Origin: Macrostomum lignano
Taxonomy: Eukaryota
DNA length: 24,724 bases
Direction: 5' to 3'
Assembly (NCBI GenBank): GCA_002269645.1
Contig: NIVC01005150.1
Location: 1-24,724, forward strand
In this document: in pieces, positions 10,789 to 22,077 of the stretch
How positions within the stretch are numbered: position 1 is the stretch's first letter
Layout: every line of letters begins with the position of its first letter
Position numbers and translations under genes: made by a program
The notes under the pieces: model-generated
Seen by the model: only the letters and a program-made list of their open reading frames with translations
What the model was told of the DNA's origin: nothing
Database searches by the model: none

Positions 10789-11783
10789 AATTTTACAGAA
10801 AAATCAAAATAAGAATGCTGAGATAATATTGCACACGAATGAATCGATGGGACTAAAGAACTTTTTTGCGGGAAAAGAATTTCTCTACATGTACGAGTAG
10901 TACATATTATATAAACATAGCTGCCATACGAAAGAAAGCATTAGTGGGCGAAACGTTTTGTATTTTAAACGAAAGTCGGTTGCAGAGATATAAAAAAACG
11001 CATACCAATAACATTTTTCTCCTTCTGCTTCCTCTCTCTGTCTCCATTTCCGGCTCCCTATTCGCCGCTTTTCGCCTGTGTATTTGCCTCTATCGCCCCT
11101 CTATCTCATTCTCTCTCACACCTCTCTCAGAAACTCTGTTCTTAAACACTGAACAAGTTTCACGGGTTGATCTCCTGCCAGCGTGTTTAGCCATACACAT
11201 AGAAGGCTGCATGCACTGTGCGATTGTGCGATCCCGAGCCCAGTTGCCACCTGTAAACAACTGAGTGATCATGATGTATTTGGACGCGTGGATGCTCGAT
11301 CTCTGTCTGCCTCTCTTTCCCCTTCCTCCCTACACTGACTCGCCCCTCGTATGGAGTCGTGATTTCAGTCCACAGGGTCCAAAGTTGAAAGGAGCAACAT
11401 ATATGAGAGAGCTTAGCAATAAGAGAGCAGTCGCCAAAAGCGAGATAAGCGTTGAAACAAGCAGCTTCTGCTGCATTAAAAAGTATTTATGTAGCTTTTT
11501 CTCTTCTGGGTGCACAAATGTTGTTACTGACAGCTAGAATGAGTAGGAGGCGCACGTGAGCTAACCACAAGAGAGAGCAAAGGTAGAGCTCAAAGGGCGT
11601 TAGATAAATCATTATTTACTATCATGTGTAAATGACACTGAAAAGTGACTACTTTAAGCGATTGCGATCTGGAAAGCTCAATTACTAACAACATGTACAA
11701 AACGCTGTGAAACAAATAAAACACAAAGTAAATAACAGAGCTTCCTGCTATCAGCCAGCTCGCGACCATCATTTCCTGATATA

Positions 11784-11810
11784 CTGCTGCTGCTGCTGCT
11801 GCTGCTGCTG
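11784..11810 (+). repeat. (CTG)9 microsatellite immediately upstream of the copy 3 ATG
   Basis: Nine CTG units ending 2 nt before ATG 11813. Confidence 0.95.
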
Positions 11811-11812
11811 CA

Positions 11813-13320
11813 ATGCTTGACTTACAGACTACCTTCAACGACATCGGTGGCTTCGGCCTCTACCAACTGATCGTCTGCATTGTTGGCTGCTTAACCTGCG
11901 GCTTCTGTGGGATGATCATCGCAGGCAGTGCCTTCCACAACCTCATGACCTGCAGCGCCAACGCGACTGCGGAAGACATTGTCGCCGCGGCTAACAGCAG
12001 CCAGCACGGCTTCACGACGTCCGTCAGCGCCGAGTACGGTCTTGTGACAGTCAGGCCTCTCTCGGTGAGTTATCCGGCGTTTTGCTGCTCGCAGGCTGTA
12101 TCCCCGGTTCGCTGATAGCTGGCCCGGCCTCGGACAGCATGGGGCGAATTCCCGGACTGCTGATCGGCCTGTTGTGCACTCTGGCCACCAATCTGCTGGC
12201 CGCGCTAGCGCCGCAGTTCTGGCTGCACCTGGCCAGCCGTCTTGGCTGCGGATTCTTCGTCAGCTGCACCGTCGGTTCAATGTTTGTGTACGGCAACGAG
12301 GTGCTGATGACGGAGCATCGGGACAGGTTTGTTAAGACTTTTAACCTTGGCACCACTGTGGGTGGCATCCTGCTGGCCTTTCTAGCCTTTTCCCTCCGAG
12401 ACTACAAGTGGCTGATGATCGCTAACAGCTTCTTCATTATTCCGTCAATCTTTGTGGTCGCCTTCCTACCCGAGAGTCCGTCCTGGCTGCTCTCGCAAAG
12501 AACGAAATCCGTCAAGAAGGTGAGGCGAGCGCTGCAGAAGATTGCATGGATCAACAGGCGCCCATTGCCAGAGAGTGTTCTCAGTCTGAGCTCGGGTGGT
12601 CAAGGTGAGGAGTCGCTGCAGCTCGAAGAGAACGGAGAGCTTCTCGACACTCAGCAAACCAAAGACCATGGGAGGCCTCGCGCGATGCTGGGAGGGTCGC
12701 TCTGCACTGCCATCAAGAAACTGCTATCAGATAGGGTGTCGATATTCCGCTTGTTATCCACTTGCCTGTACAGTTTCAGCAGCGGCTTCGCTTACTACGG
12801 CTTTCCATTCGTGATCACCCACGCCGTACCGAACATCTATATCACCTTCGCTCTCATGGCCGCTGTGGAGTCACCGGCTCTGCCATTGCTGAACATATTC
12901 AGTCGGGGCCGCACTCTGTTTTTCAGCGGGGTGGCAATCTTCTGCTGTTGCTTTTTTATCGGAATTATTTTTTTCGTTGTGCCTACACAGCTCAGCACTG
13001 GTGTCATGGTTCTTTTGGTCTTCCTGGCCGTGAGTGGCAAGTTCTTCTCGAACATCGCCTTCTGTGCCATCATGGCGGTCGGGGCAGAGATCTACCCGAC
13101 AGCGGTACGCAACACGGGACTCGGGCTGCTGATGGCCACCCTGCGGACCGGCTGCATGCTGTCGCCGCTGGTGAACTTCATCCCCTACATGCCGGCCAGG
13201 TTCGCCACCCTCGGTCTCGCCTGTCTCGTTGCCGCCTTTCCGACCCGCAGTCTTCCGGACACTCGCATCCAAGACCTGACCGAGACAGTGCCGACAGCTG
13301 CTGGTGGCGTTCGATTGTGA
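11813..13320 (+). pseudogene. SLC22-like transporter, copy 3, intronless; one 1-nt frameshift
   Basis: ORFs 11813-12115 and 12082-13320 join if one C is restored at 12042/12043 (ggtCTtgt versus ggtCTCtgt in the other copies), giving ~502 aa. It has a short deletion in the TM9-10 loop and a different C-terminus (TAAGGVRL). Confidence 0.85.
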
Positions 13321-13921
13321 AGAAAAGAGGCACGGTGAAAATGTACAGCATCCGAATTGACAGGCTTGATCCCAGCCGAAGCCACTTCTGGGACGTTTGC
13401 TTGTTAAATTTCTGCCATCAGGAGAGTCTAAAGTGAGATTGTAAATCGTGACGTGAGCCTCCGTTTCTCACCTCCCTTTGTCACAACCTAAAAATTCAGT
13501 CTTCTCATGAGAAATCAACCTGTCTGTTGATGAGTGATTCTGTTGCAGGTATTGCTTGCTGATCGCGGAAACATTTTTAATTAGAGATTTCCAGAAAAAG
13601 ATTTTTGGTTTGCGGATGCGCTAAGCAGGCAAAATGTGTTCTGAGGACTGGCCATTTCGCCTCTTTCGGGTGGCTCCTTAGCAGTGTGGCGCTTGTCTAC
13701 AAGCAGTTTTGCACAGCCTGGAGCAGATAGTCACTAATCTCCAAGCCGTTATATTTCTCAATGTTTGCAACTTTGCAATGTAAATTTATTTTTTACGACT
13801 ATTTATCTTACTTATCTTATTTATCTTATCATTATTTATTTTCTTTATAATATATGTCTAGTCTTGTTTTAGCTATGTTAAACGACTACCATCAGATTGG
13901 TATCATTACTATTATCATCAG

Positions 13922-15930
13922 AGCACCATTCCCCCAGATTAGCATCACTCCCCAAGATTAGCACCACTCCCCAAGATTAGCACCACTCCCCAAGATTAGC
14001 ACCATTCCCCCAGATTAGCATCACTCCCCCAGATTAGCACCACTCCCCAAGATTAGCACCATTCCCCCAGATTAGCATCACTCCCCCAGATTAGCACCAC
14101 TCCCCAAGATTAGCACCACTCCCCAAGATTAGCACCACTCCCCAAGATTAGCACCATTCCCCCAGATTAGCATCACTCCCCCAGATTAGCACTACTCCCC
14201 TAGATTAGCACTACTCCTCCAGATTAGCACCACTCCTCCAGATTAGCACCACTCCCCCAGATTAGCACCACTCCTCCAGATTAGCATCACTCCCCAGATT
14301 AGCATCACTACCCCAGATTAGCACTACTCCCCAGATTAGCACCACTCCCCCAGATTAGCACTACTCCCCCAGATTAGCACCACTCCCCAGATTAGCACTA
14401 CTCCTCCAGATTAGCACCACTCCCCAGATTAGCACCACTCCCCCAGATTAGCACCACTCCCCCAGATTAGCACCACTCCCCAGATTAGCACCACTCCTCC
14501 AGATTAGCACTACTCCCCTAGATTAGCACCACTCCTCCAGATTAGCACCACTCCCCAGATTAGCACCACTCCTCCAGATTAGCACCACTCCTCCAGATTA
14601 GCATCACTACCCCAGATTAGCATCACTACCCCAGATTAGCACTACTCCCCCAGATTAGCACCACTCCCCAGATTAGCACTACTCCCCCAGATTAGCACCA
14701 CTCCCCAGATTAGCACTACTCCTCCAGATTAGCACCACTCCCCCAGATTAGCACCACTCCCCCAGATTAGCACCACTCCTCCAGATTAGCACTACTCCCC
14801 TAGATTAGCACCACTCCTCCAGATTAGCACCACTCCCCAGATTAGCACCACTCCCCCAGATTAGCACCACTCATCCAGATTAGCACCACTCCCCCAGATT
14901 AGCACCACTCCCCAGATTAGCACCACTCATCCAGATTAGCACCACTCCCCCAGATTAGCACCACTCCCCCAGATTAGCACCACTCCCCTAGATTAGCACC
15001 ACTCATCCAGATTAGCACCACTTCCCCAGATTAGCACTACTCCCCCAGATTAGCACCACTCCCCCAGATTAGCACTACTCCCCCAGATTAGCACCACTCC
15101 CCCAGATTAGCACCACTCCCCAAGATTAGCACCTGCACTCCCCAAGATTAGCACCTGCACTCCCCCAGATTAGCACTACTCCCCAAGATTAGCACCTGCA
15201 CTCCCCAAGATTAGCACCTGCACTCCCCCAGATTAGCACCACTCCCCTAGATTAGCACCACTCATCCAGATTAGCACCACTTCCCCAGATTAGCACCACT
15301 CATCCAGATTAGCACCACTCCCCCAGATTAGCACCACTCCCCCAGATTAGCATCACTACCCCAGATTAGCACCACTACCCCAGATTAGCATCACTACCCC
15401 AGATTAGCACCACTCCCCCAGATTAGCACCACTACCCCAGATTAGAAACACTCCCCCAGATTAGAAACACTCCCCCAGATTAGAAACACTCCCCCAGATT
15501 AGAAACACTCCCCCAGATTAGAAACACTCCCCAGATTAGAAACACTCCCCCAGATTAGAAACACTCCCCAGATTAGAAACACTCCCCAGATTAGAAACAC
15601 TCCCCAGATTAGAAACACTCCCCCAGATTAGAAACACTCCCCCAGATTAGAAACACTCCCCCAGATTAGAAACACTCCCCCAGATTAGAAACACTCCCCC
15701 AGATTAGAAACACTCCCCCAGATTAGAAACACTCCCCCAGATTAGAAACACTCCCCCAGATTAGAAACACTCCCCCAGATTAGAAACACTCCCCCAGATT
15801 AGAAACACTCCCCAGATTAGAAACACTCCCCAGATTAGAAACACTCCCCAGATTAGAAACACTCCCCCAGATTAGCACCACTCCCCAGATTAGAAACACT
15901 CCCCCAGATTAGAAACACTCCCCTAGATTA
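13922..15930. repeat. Minisatellite, 18-19-bp unit (consensus CCCCCAGATTAGCACCACT), roughly 105 units
   Basis: Direct reading of the tandem units. The invariant core is AGATTAG; variants include CCCCAAG, CTCCTCC, CTACT, CACCTGCACT and AGAAACACT. Confidence 0.97.
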
Positions 15931-16199
15931 ACATTTACTCACAGCAGATTGGCACTGCTCTAGAATATTAACACAGTTCCAGCTAAATATCTTCTAATTC
16001 AAATGTAAAAAATATTAAAGTGCGCTAGTAAAGCATTGATTCTGCATGGAAGACAGTAATTAATCTCAGGTAAAAAACTGACTTGGTTTTAATTCAGATA
16101 AATTCTCTGCTTTATTGCAGACCTAAACTGCCAAACTGTAGCCTATGCCAAGTCCTTCCTGTCTACAAAACGGCTGCTCCGAATATTGACGGATGGGCA

Positions 16200-16955
16200 C
16201 AAAAATTATTCACGGGCAGTCAACGAAAGTAAAATATCTATAGGTCGTACATCTATGATGCTCGAATTTGATTGCGCAACATACAGTCAAGCAGAGGCAC
16301 ATTAATAAAGGAAGCAAATTCTGTCTCAACGGATTGAGGCCGAACTCGTCTGCCAACTCAGCCGATCGACGTTGCGCTCTATGCTTCTGCAGAGCTTGCA
16401 GAAGAAAATCACGCTCTCCTGCCGACTCAGCCGATCGTGTTTACGCTGACGATCTCTGTTTTGCTGCAGGCGCTTCTCTCGTGCATCGGCATTCTCCTCT
16501 CTCCGACGTCGCTTTGCCTCGCGACTCTTGTGCAACTCATTTTTAGCACCACGTTGGTCAGATCGTACAGCATTGTGCAATGCCGAGGTTTAGTTGAACT
16601 TAAATCAATTCGAGTCTAGTGTATATATATGGATATACATTCGATTCTACATGCCACATATATGTTTCTACTGAAGTATATGTTAGAACAAATTGAATAA
16701 ATGTTGGTAATCAGATCATGAGCAGAAACCAATGATATAAAATTGAAAATTGAGCAATAGATGCGTGAAAAATACACTACAGAGATCTCTAGCTATAGAC
16801 GCTTCTACAAAAAGCAGAAAAAAAATTTAGCTGTCTTCTTTTCATATAATTACATATCATTCGGAGAAAACGCAATCAGAACTGGTCAATTGGGTTCAAT
16901 CTCTAGAGCGCTACAGACAGACAGACAAACAGATCTTACACAATTAGTATGTGGA
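16200..16955 (-). mobile_element. Helitron remnant (5' end plus degenerate N-terminal STPR-like coding repeats); 3' end not found
   Basis: The minus strand starts A|TCCACATACTAATTGTG followed by (GTCT)n, like the 5' ends of Lep1-type Helitrons. At 16326-16580 a frameshifted basic/acidic repeat reads EENADAREKRLQQNRDRQRK.RSAESAGERDFLLQALQKHRAQRRSAE. The left boundary is approximate. Confidence 0.5.
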
Positions 16956-18750
16956 TGAGCTTGAGCTTCTGTGGCAACTTGGACACCGTGATCCTGCTGA
17001 AGAAGTTAATCAGTGGACTGATCTGAGCGCAGGACAGCAGCAGTTGCTTGGCACAGAATTGTCCAATCCAAGCATTTTGTGTGCCGAATGCCGAGCTTCC
17101 GCGGAAACTGACAGGAGAAGAGGAAGCTGCTGTGCAAGAAGTCGAGGAGCCAAACATAAATAGACTACGGATCAAACCGCTCTCCACGTGACGCACTATA
17201 GAAATATCTAGTGGGGTGGGCCATGTATTTGAACTATTGATGAACTATCCAACCGCATATCATTCTGTGTTCTCAAACGTTATTTACTGATTAATTCTTA
17301 TGTTTATTTTGCGTTTCATTGCTGCTGTGCTTGCTTCCGCAGTGAAATTACTGAGACGAAAAGTTATCCTATTTTACCCATGCTTAAATCAGTCTTGAGC
17401 AGATTCACTTTTACCATAGACAGTGACGGCGGACAAATGTAGAGCGTTTCAATCGCGTTTCAACCCAGGTAGCCCATCCGTAACGGGCATCACTGCTGGC
17501 CACAGCCATCACTGCCGTGCAGATCGTCAGCTCAGACCAGCAGTGTGATCTTGACAACACCATGTACCACGTTCACTTTGCGAGAGAATTCAACAAAACT
17601 GATTGCCTGTTAACGTTGACGTTGGTGACTGACCAAGCTGATACACGGCGAGTAACATGCTGGCAATATTGGTGGAGAATCGATGAGATTTACTTTGAGA
17701 CAGCAGTCCTAAAACTAGTCCGCGCCATGTTTAAAAACAACTTTCGCAATAAATTTCGAACCTACTTGACTACTTGCAGTAGAGTAACGTAAACTCATCT
17801 CAGATGTTGAGAAAGGCTGCATTGGCTTGGCTAGAGTTAGTGAGAATCCATCTGTGAGAGAAGTGCACTTTGCGAGGCTGCAGGGAGTTTAAAGCTTGAA
17901 TTCTGGTTGGCTGAACGGATACATGCACTTACAGCATTCCAAAGAGCATTTTTCAGTGTTCAGTAGCGCAAAACTGCAGCTCCTCAGCTAGGGATTCTGT
18001 GCTCCTTTTCTCTGCATCGTGCTCCCCTCTCCATTCCCTCTTTCTGCTTCCGCACACCCCGCCTTCTCCCCGTCCCCATCCGCCTTCCACCTCTCAATCT
18101 GCACTGCAATGACGGCCGTTCTCCGTTCACTAACTGACTTTGCTGCACAATGCCCTGCCATCACCAGTGGCCTGCATGCAGTCACAAAGTCCGCTAGATG
18201 CTACATCGATAACTACTTTGACCTCTAACTGGTTTCTCCCCCCTCTGTAATTACATTCTATCAGACTCTGGGCAGAGTCTACCAGCAAATAAACAGAAAA
18301 AAGTGCGGTCGAAAAAAACTATACAGTAGTGCGGCATAATACTCTCTCACCGGGGACATGCATGTACTCTCTGTCTCTTCATCTCTGTCTCTCGCTGCCT
18401 TTCCCCAACTTCTTTCCGCGGAGCAGGCGTAGCAATTTTTTATGCAGATGAAATTCGGCCCCCACAGAGAGACCAGCTTGTCGACCAACAGCTGCGGCAG
18501 CGTTCAAAAACATGCAATGTTTATAAAGCCCTTTTCTCTTTAGGTTTTTCACTCTCATAAAATCGGCTTAGCAAAGTAGCTTTGCCGAGACCATAAATAA
18601 AAAAGACTGTCGCTGCCACCAGATCTACAAAAGATTTTAGATTTCGGTCAGATGAAACACTTGGCTATCCAGGCATAAATAATAAAGCCGCCAGGTCTTC
18701 CCGCCAGTCCAGGATCATTTCTTTTGGCTGTTACTGCTGCTACCGCTGCC

Positions 18751-20279
18751 ATGCTTGACCTACAGGCTACTTTCAGGGACATCGGCGGCTTTGGCCTCTA
18801 CCAGGTTATCGTCTGCATTGTTGGCTGCTTAACCTGCGGCTTCTGCGGGATGATCATCGCTGGTGGAGCTTTCCACAACCTCATGACCTGCAGCGCCAAC
18901 GCGACTGCGGAAGACATTGTCGCCGCGGCCAACAGCAGCCAGCACGGCTTCACGACGTCCGTCAGCGCCGAGTACGGTCTCTGTGACAGTCAGGCCTCTC
19001 TCGGTGAGTTGTCCGGCGTCTTCCTACTTGCCGGCTGCATCCCGGCTCATTGATGGCCGGGCCAGCAGCAGACAGCATCGGGCGAATTCCCGGACTGCTG
19101 ATCGGCCTGTTGTGCACTCTGGCCACCAATCTGCTGGCCGCGCTAGCGCCGCAGTTCTGGCTGCATCTGGCCAGCCGTCTTGTCTGCGGCTTCTTCGCCA
19201 GCTGGACTATGGGCTCAGTGTTTGTGTACGGCAACGAGGTGCTGATGACGGAGCACCGGGGCAGGTACGTCAAGTCGTACAATCTGGGCACAGCTCAAGG
19301 CGGTGTCTTGCTGGCTCTTCTGGCTTTTGCACTACGAGACTACAAGTGGTTGATGATCGCTAACAGCTTCTTCGTTATACCGCCGGTCATTGCAATCGCT
19401 TTTCTGCCCGAGAGTCCGTCCTGGCTGCTCTCACAACGAACGAAATCCGTCAAGAAGGTGAAACGAGCGCTGCAGAAGATTGCATGGATCAACAGGCGCT
19501 CATTGCCAGAGAGTGTTCTCAGTCTGAGCTCGGGTGGTCAAGGTGAGGAGTCGCTGCAGCTCGAAGAGAACGGAGAGCTTCTCGAGACTCAGCAAACCAA
19601 AGACCATGGGACGCCTCGCGCGATGCTCGGAGGCTCGCTGTGCACCTCCATCAAGAAGCTGCTATCAGACAGGGTAGTGGTCTTCCGCCTGTTGTCCACT
19701 TGCCTGTACAGTTTCAGCAGCGGTTTTGCTTTCTACGGTTTCACGTTCGTGATCACCCACGCCGTACCGAACATCTATATCACCTTCGCTCTCATGGCCG
19801 CTGTGGAGACACCGGCTCTGCCATTGCTGAACATATTCAGTCGGGGCCGCACTCTGTTTTTCAGCGGGGTGGCAATCTTTTGCTGCTGCGTTGCGATCAT
19901 TATTGTTTTTGTCACCGTGCATTCCGAAGACGAGCAGCTTAGCACTGGTGTCATCGTTCTTTTGGTCTTCCTGGCCGTGAGCGGCAAGTTCTTCTCGAAC
20001 ATCGCCTTCTGTGCCATCACGGCGGTCGGAGCGGAGATCTACCCGACAGCGGTACGCAACACCGGACTTGGGCTCCTGATGGCCACCCTGCGGACCGGCT
20101 GCATGCTGTCGCCGCTGGTGAACTTCATCCCCTACATCCCGGCCAGGTTCGCCACCATCGGCCTCGCCTGTTTCGTTGCCGCCTTTCCGACCCGCAGTCT
20201 GCCGGACACTCGCATCCAAGACCTGACCGAGACACTGGTGACCGATGGGCCACAGCCGCCACTGCCATCGGCTGCGTGA
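18751..20279 (+). pseudogene. SLC22-like transporter, copy 4, intronless; one 1-nt frameshift
   Basis: The ATG at 18751 aligns with the starts of the other copies. atCCCggc at 19039-19046 has three C where the paralogues have four. The repaired ORF is ~509 aa with all SLC22 motifs. Confidence 0.85.
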
Positions 20280-20550
20280 ATTTCGGAACTGAATGAAGAA
20301 TGAAGAGAATGAATTGAACTCGCGTGCACCGCGGTGACTTCTGCATGAATTTGGAAGGAATTCGTTTTTTATCCACCGAAGAACATCATCGTGAAAAAAT
20401 AAATTTTTGTTGCAAAATATTTTTTTCAGATTTTGTCTAAATGCAGAGTTTTAGACAGACTGAAAGTTTTGAATTTTTTCCACAGTTGATTGCAGCTTAT
20501 TATTCTAGATCGTCGGTGCAGCAGCTTAGACAGGTAGACGGATGGTGTAG

Positions 20551-20985
20551 TGAAGTGAAACGAAGGCGCCGTTAGCAAGAGGATGGGAGAAATCAGCCGA
20601 CACGCGCGTGATGCGTGAACAAGCATCTAGCCTTGGCAGCAACTCCCAGATGCACAAGATCTGCATGCCTAAAAATAGTCCTGATGATCGGCGAGCAAGA
20701 AGCCCAGCCATGCGACCCTCGCGTGATGCATGCACAACCTCTGACCGACACTGCCTATTGGGCCTCGAAATCCCACTCTCTCTCCCTACTGCTCCTATTC
20801 CTCGTTGCTCGCGTACAGTGTGCTAGCTTATAAAATATACTGATTGAAGAGGAAAGATCCTCGCCTGAAGTTTGAGAATGTGACTCTAGAGATCACACAG
20901 AGAAGGTCCATTGTTCGTTGTCTTCCTGAACTGTTGGCAGAAGGAAACGATAATATGGGAAAAACCCATATAAATTGTCGTTTCA
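20551..20985 (+). repeat. 5' LTR (435 bp)
   Basis: Identical by eye to 21644-22066 over 423 bp. Starts TGAAGTGAAACGA, ends TCGTTTCA, and contains a TATAAAA motif near 20829. Confidence 0.9.
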
Positions 20986-20987
20986 AT

Positions 20988-21002
20988 TGGTTCCACTGAC
21001 CG
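20988..21002 (+). other. Primer-binding site, tRNA-Glu-like
   Basis: TGGTTCCACTGACCG lies 2 nt after the 5' LTR. It is complementary to the tRNA-Glu 3' end ...CGGTCAGGGAACCA with one extra base. Confidence 0.65.
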
Positions 21003-21643
21003 CGTGAGTCGCCGCTAGACAGAAGTCTCAGACACCATGCAGTTATCGCTCTGCTGCATGTCGTCAACAGCCATTCGAATGAATCGAGAACTGAGACTTT
21101 CCTGCCTTCAGTAAAGGAATACTTCGAACTAAACAAGACCAATGGACGAAGATCAAGAAGCGACACAGTTTACCCTTCCGAGAAGAAACTTTCGTTGAGA
21201 GATCTACACAATCAATTTGGTCAAGACGGTATTTTTCGACGTCCTATTTAACTGCAATGTACCTTCAGCCAGCATCCCGATCTGACTGTCTACCAGACGC
21301 TGTTTCAATTTGTCGAGTCTCCGTGTCCAGTCCTATTTGCGTCACTGTTTAGGGCATCGAAAAGCCCATTCAATTTGTCGAGTTTCCGAGTTCACGTCAA
21401 TCCCCCTCTCAGATCTGATTAAATAGTCAAGAGGATATGCTGGTACAATTCATCCACTGTTGTCACAAGTTCACTTTGCCCCTTGACCAAGTTTCGTGTT
21501 TCAACAACATCAACTCAACTGCAAGTTACCAAGTGGGACTGCGTATCGCAAGCAAATGCACAACTGTACGCCATGTTATCATTGCTCCAAGCTTATTTTC
21601 AACAGAGCTCGGAGGGCCTCGCTTCCCTGAAAAAAAGAGCGAC

Positions 21644-22077
21644 TGAAGTGAAACGAAGGCGCCGTTAGCAAGAGGATGGGAGAAATCAGCCGACACGCGC
21701 GTGATGCGTGAACAAGCATCTAGCCTTGGCAGCAACTCCCAGATGCACAAGATCTGCATGCCTAAAAATAGTCCTGATGATCGGCGAGCAAGAAGCCCAG
21801 CCATGCGACCCTCGCGTGATGCATGCACAACCTCTGACCGACACTGCCTATTGGGCCTCGAAATCCCACTCTCTCTCCCTACTGCTCCTATTCCTCGTTG
21901 CTCGCGTACAGTGTGCTAGCTTATAAAATATACTGATTGAAGAGGAAAGATCCTCGCCTGAAGTTTGAGAATGTGACTCTAGAGATCACACAGAGAAGGT
22001 CCATTGTTCGTTGTCTTCCTGAACTGTTGGCAGAAGGAAACGATAATATGGGAAAAACCCATATAATTTTCGTTTCA
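21644..22077 (+). repeat. 3' LTR (434 bp)
   Basis: Direct repeat of 20551-20985 at an offset of 1093 bp. Confidence 0.9.

Larger units (their letters stand above)
20551..22077 (+). mobile_element. Non-autonomous LTR retrotransposon (TRIM-like), 1527 bp, GTAG target-site duplication
   Basis: Two TG...CA LTRs (20551-20985 and 21644-22077), GTAG at 20547-20550 and 22078-22081, PBS at 20988-21002, a purine-rich tract GAAAAAAAGAG just before the 3' LTR, and a 658-bp internal region with no recognisable gag/pol. Confidence 0.88.

Noticed and set aside
13560-13635. FADALSR, resembling the end of a Ty3/gypsy RNase H
   Set aside because: Only about 7 matching residues; the upstream match needs several assumed indels.
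13922-15930. CRISPR-like or telomeric interpretation of the TTAG-containing array, or a coding repeat
   Set aside because: There are no unique spacers or cas genes and the context is eukaryotic. The unit is 18-19 bp rather than TTAGGG, and stop triplets (TAG/TAA) with mixed unit lengths preclude a long ORF.
16951-17420. ORF with CxxC...CC, and a GGGGTGGG-CCA-TGT junction resembling a PPT/LTR start near 17223
   Set aside because: No second LTR, TSD or pol motif supports it, and the Cys pattern is short and opposite in orientation to the Helitron remnant.
17517-17792. 91-aa ORF with a GTG start
   Set aside because: No recognisable homology or splice context.
262-20376. Many 60-220-aa ORFs overlapping the SLC22 genes on the minus strand or alternate frames, recurring in each copy
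   Set aside because: They are shadows of GC-rich codon usage and recur only because the genes are paralogous. They show no independent motifs.
20526-21926. Duplicated 69-100-aa ORFs (e.g. 20608-20826 and 21701-21919)
   Set aside because: They lie within the two identical LTRs, so they are non-coding duplicates.
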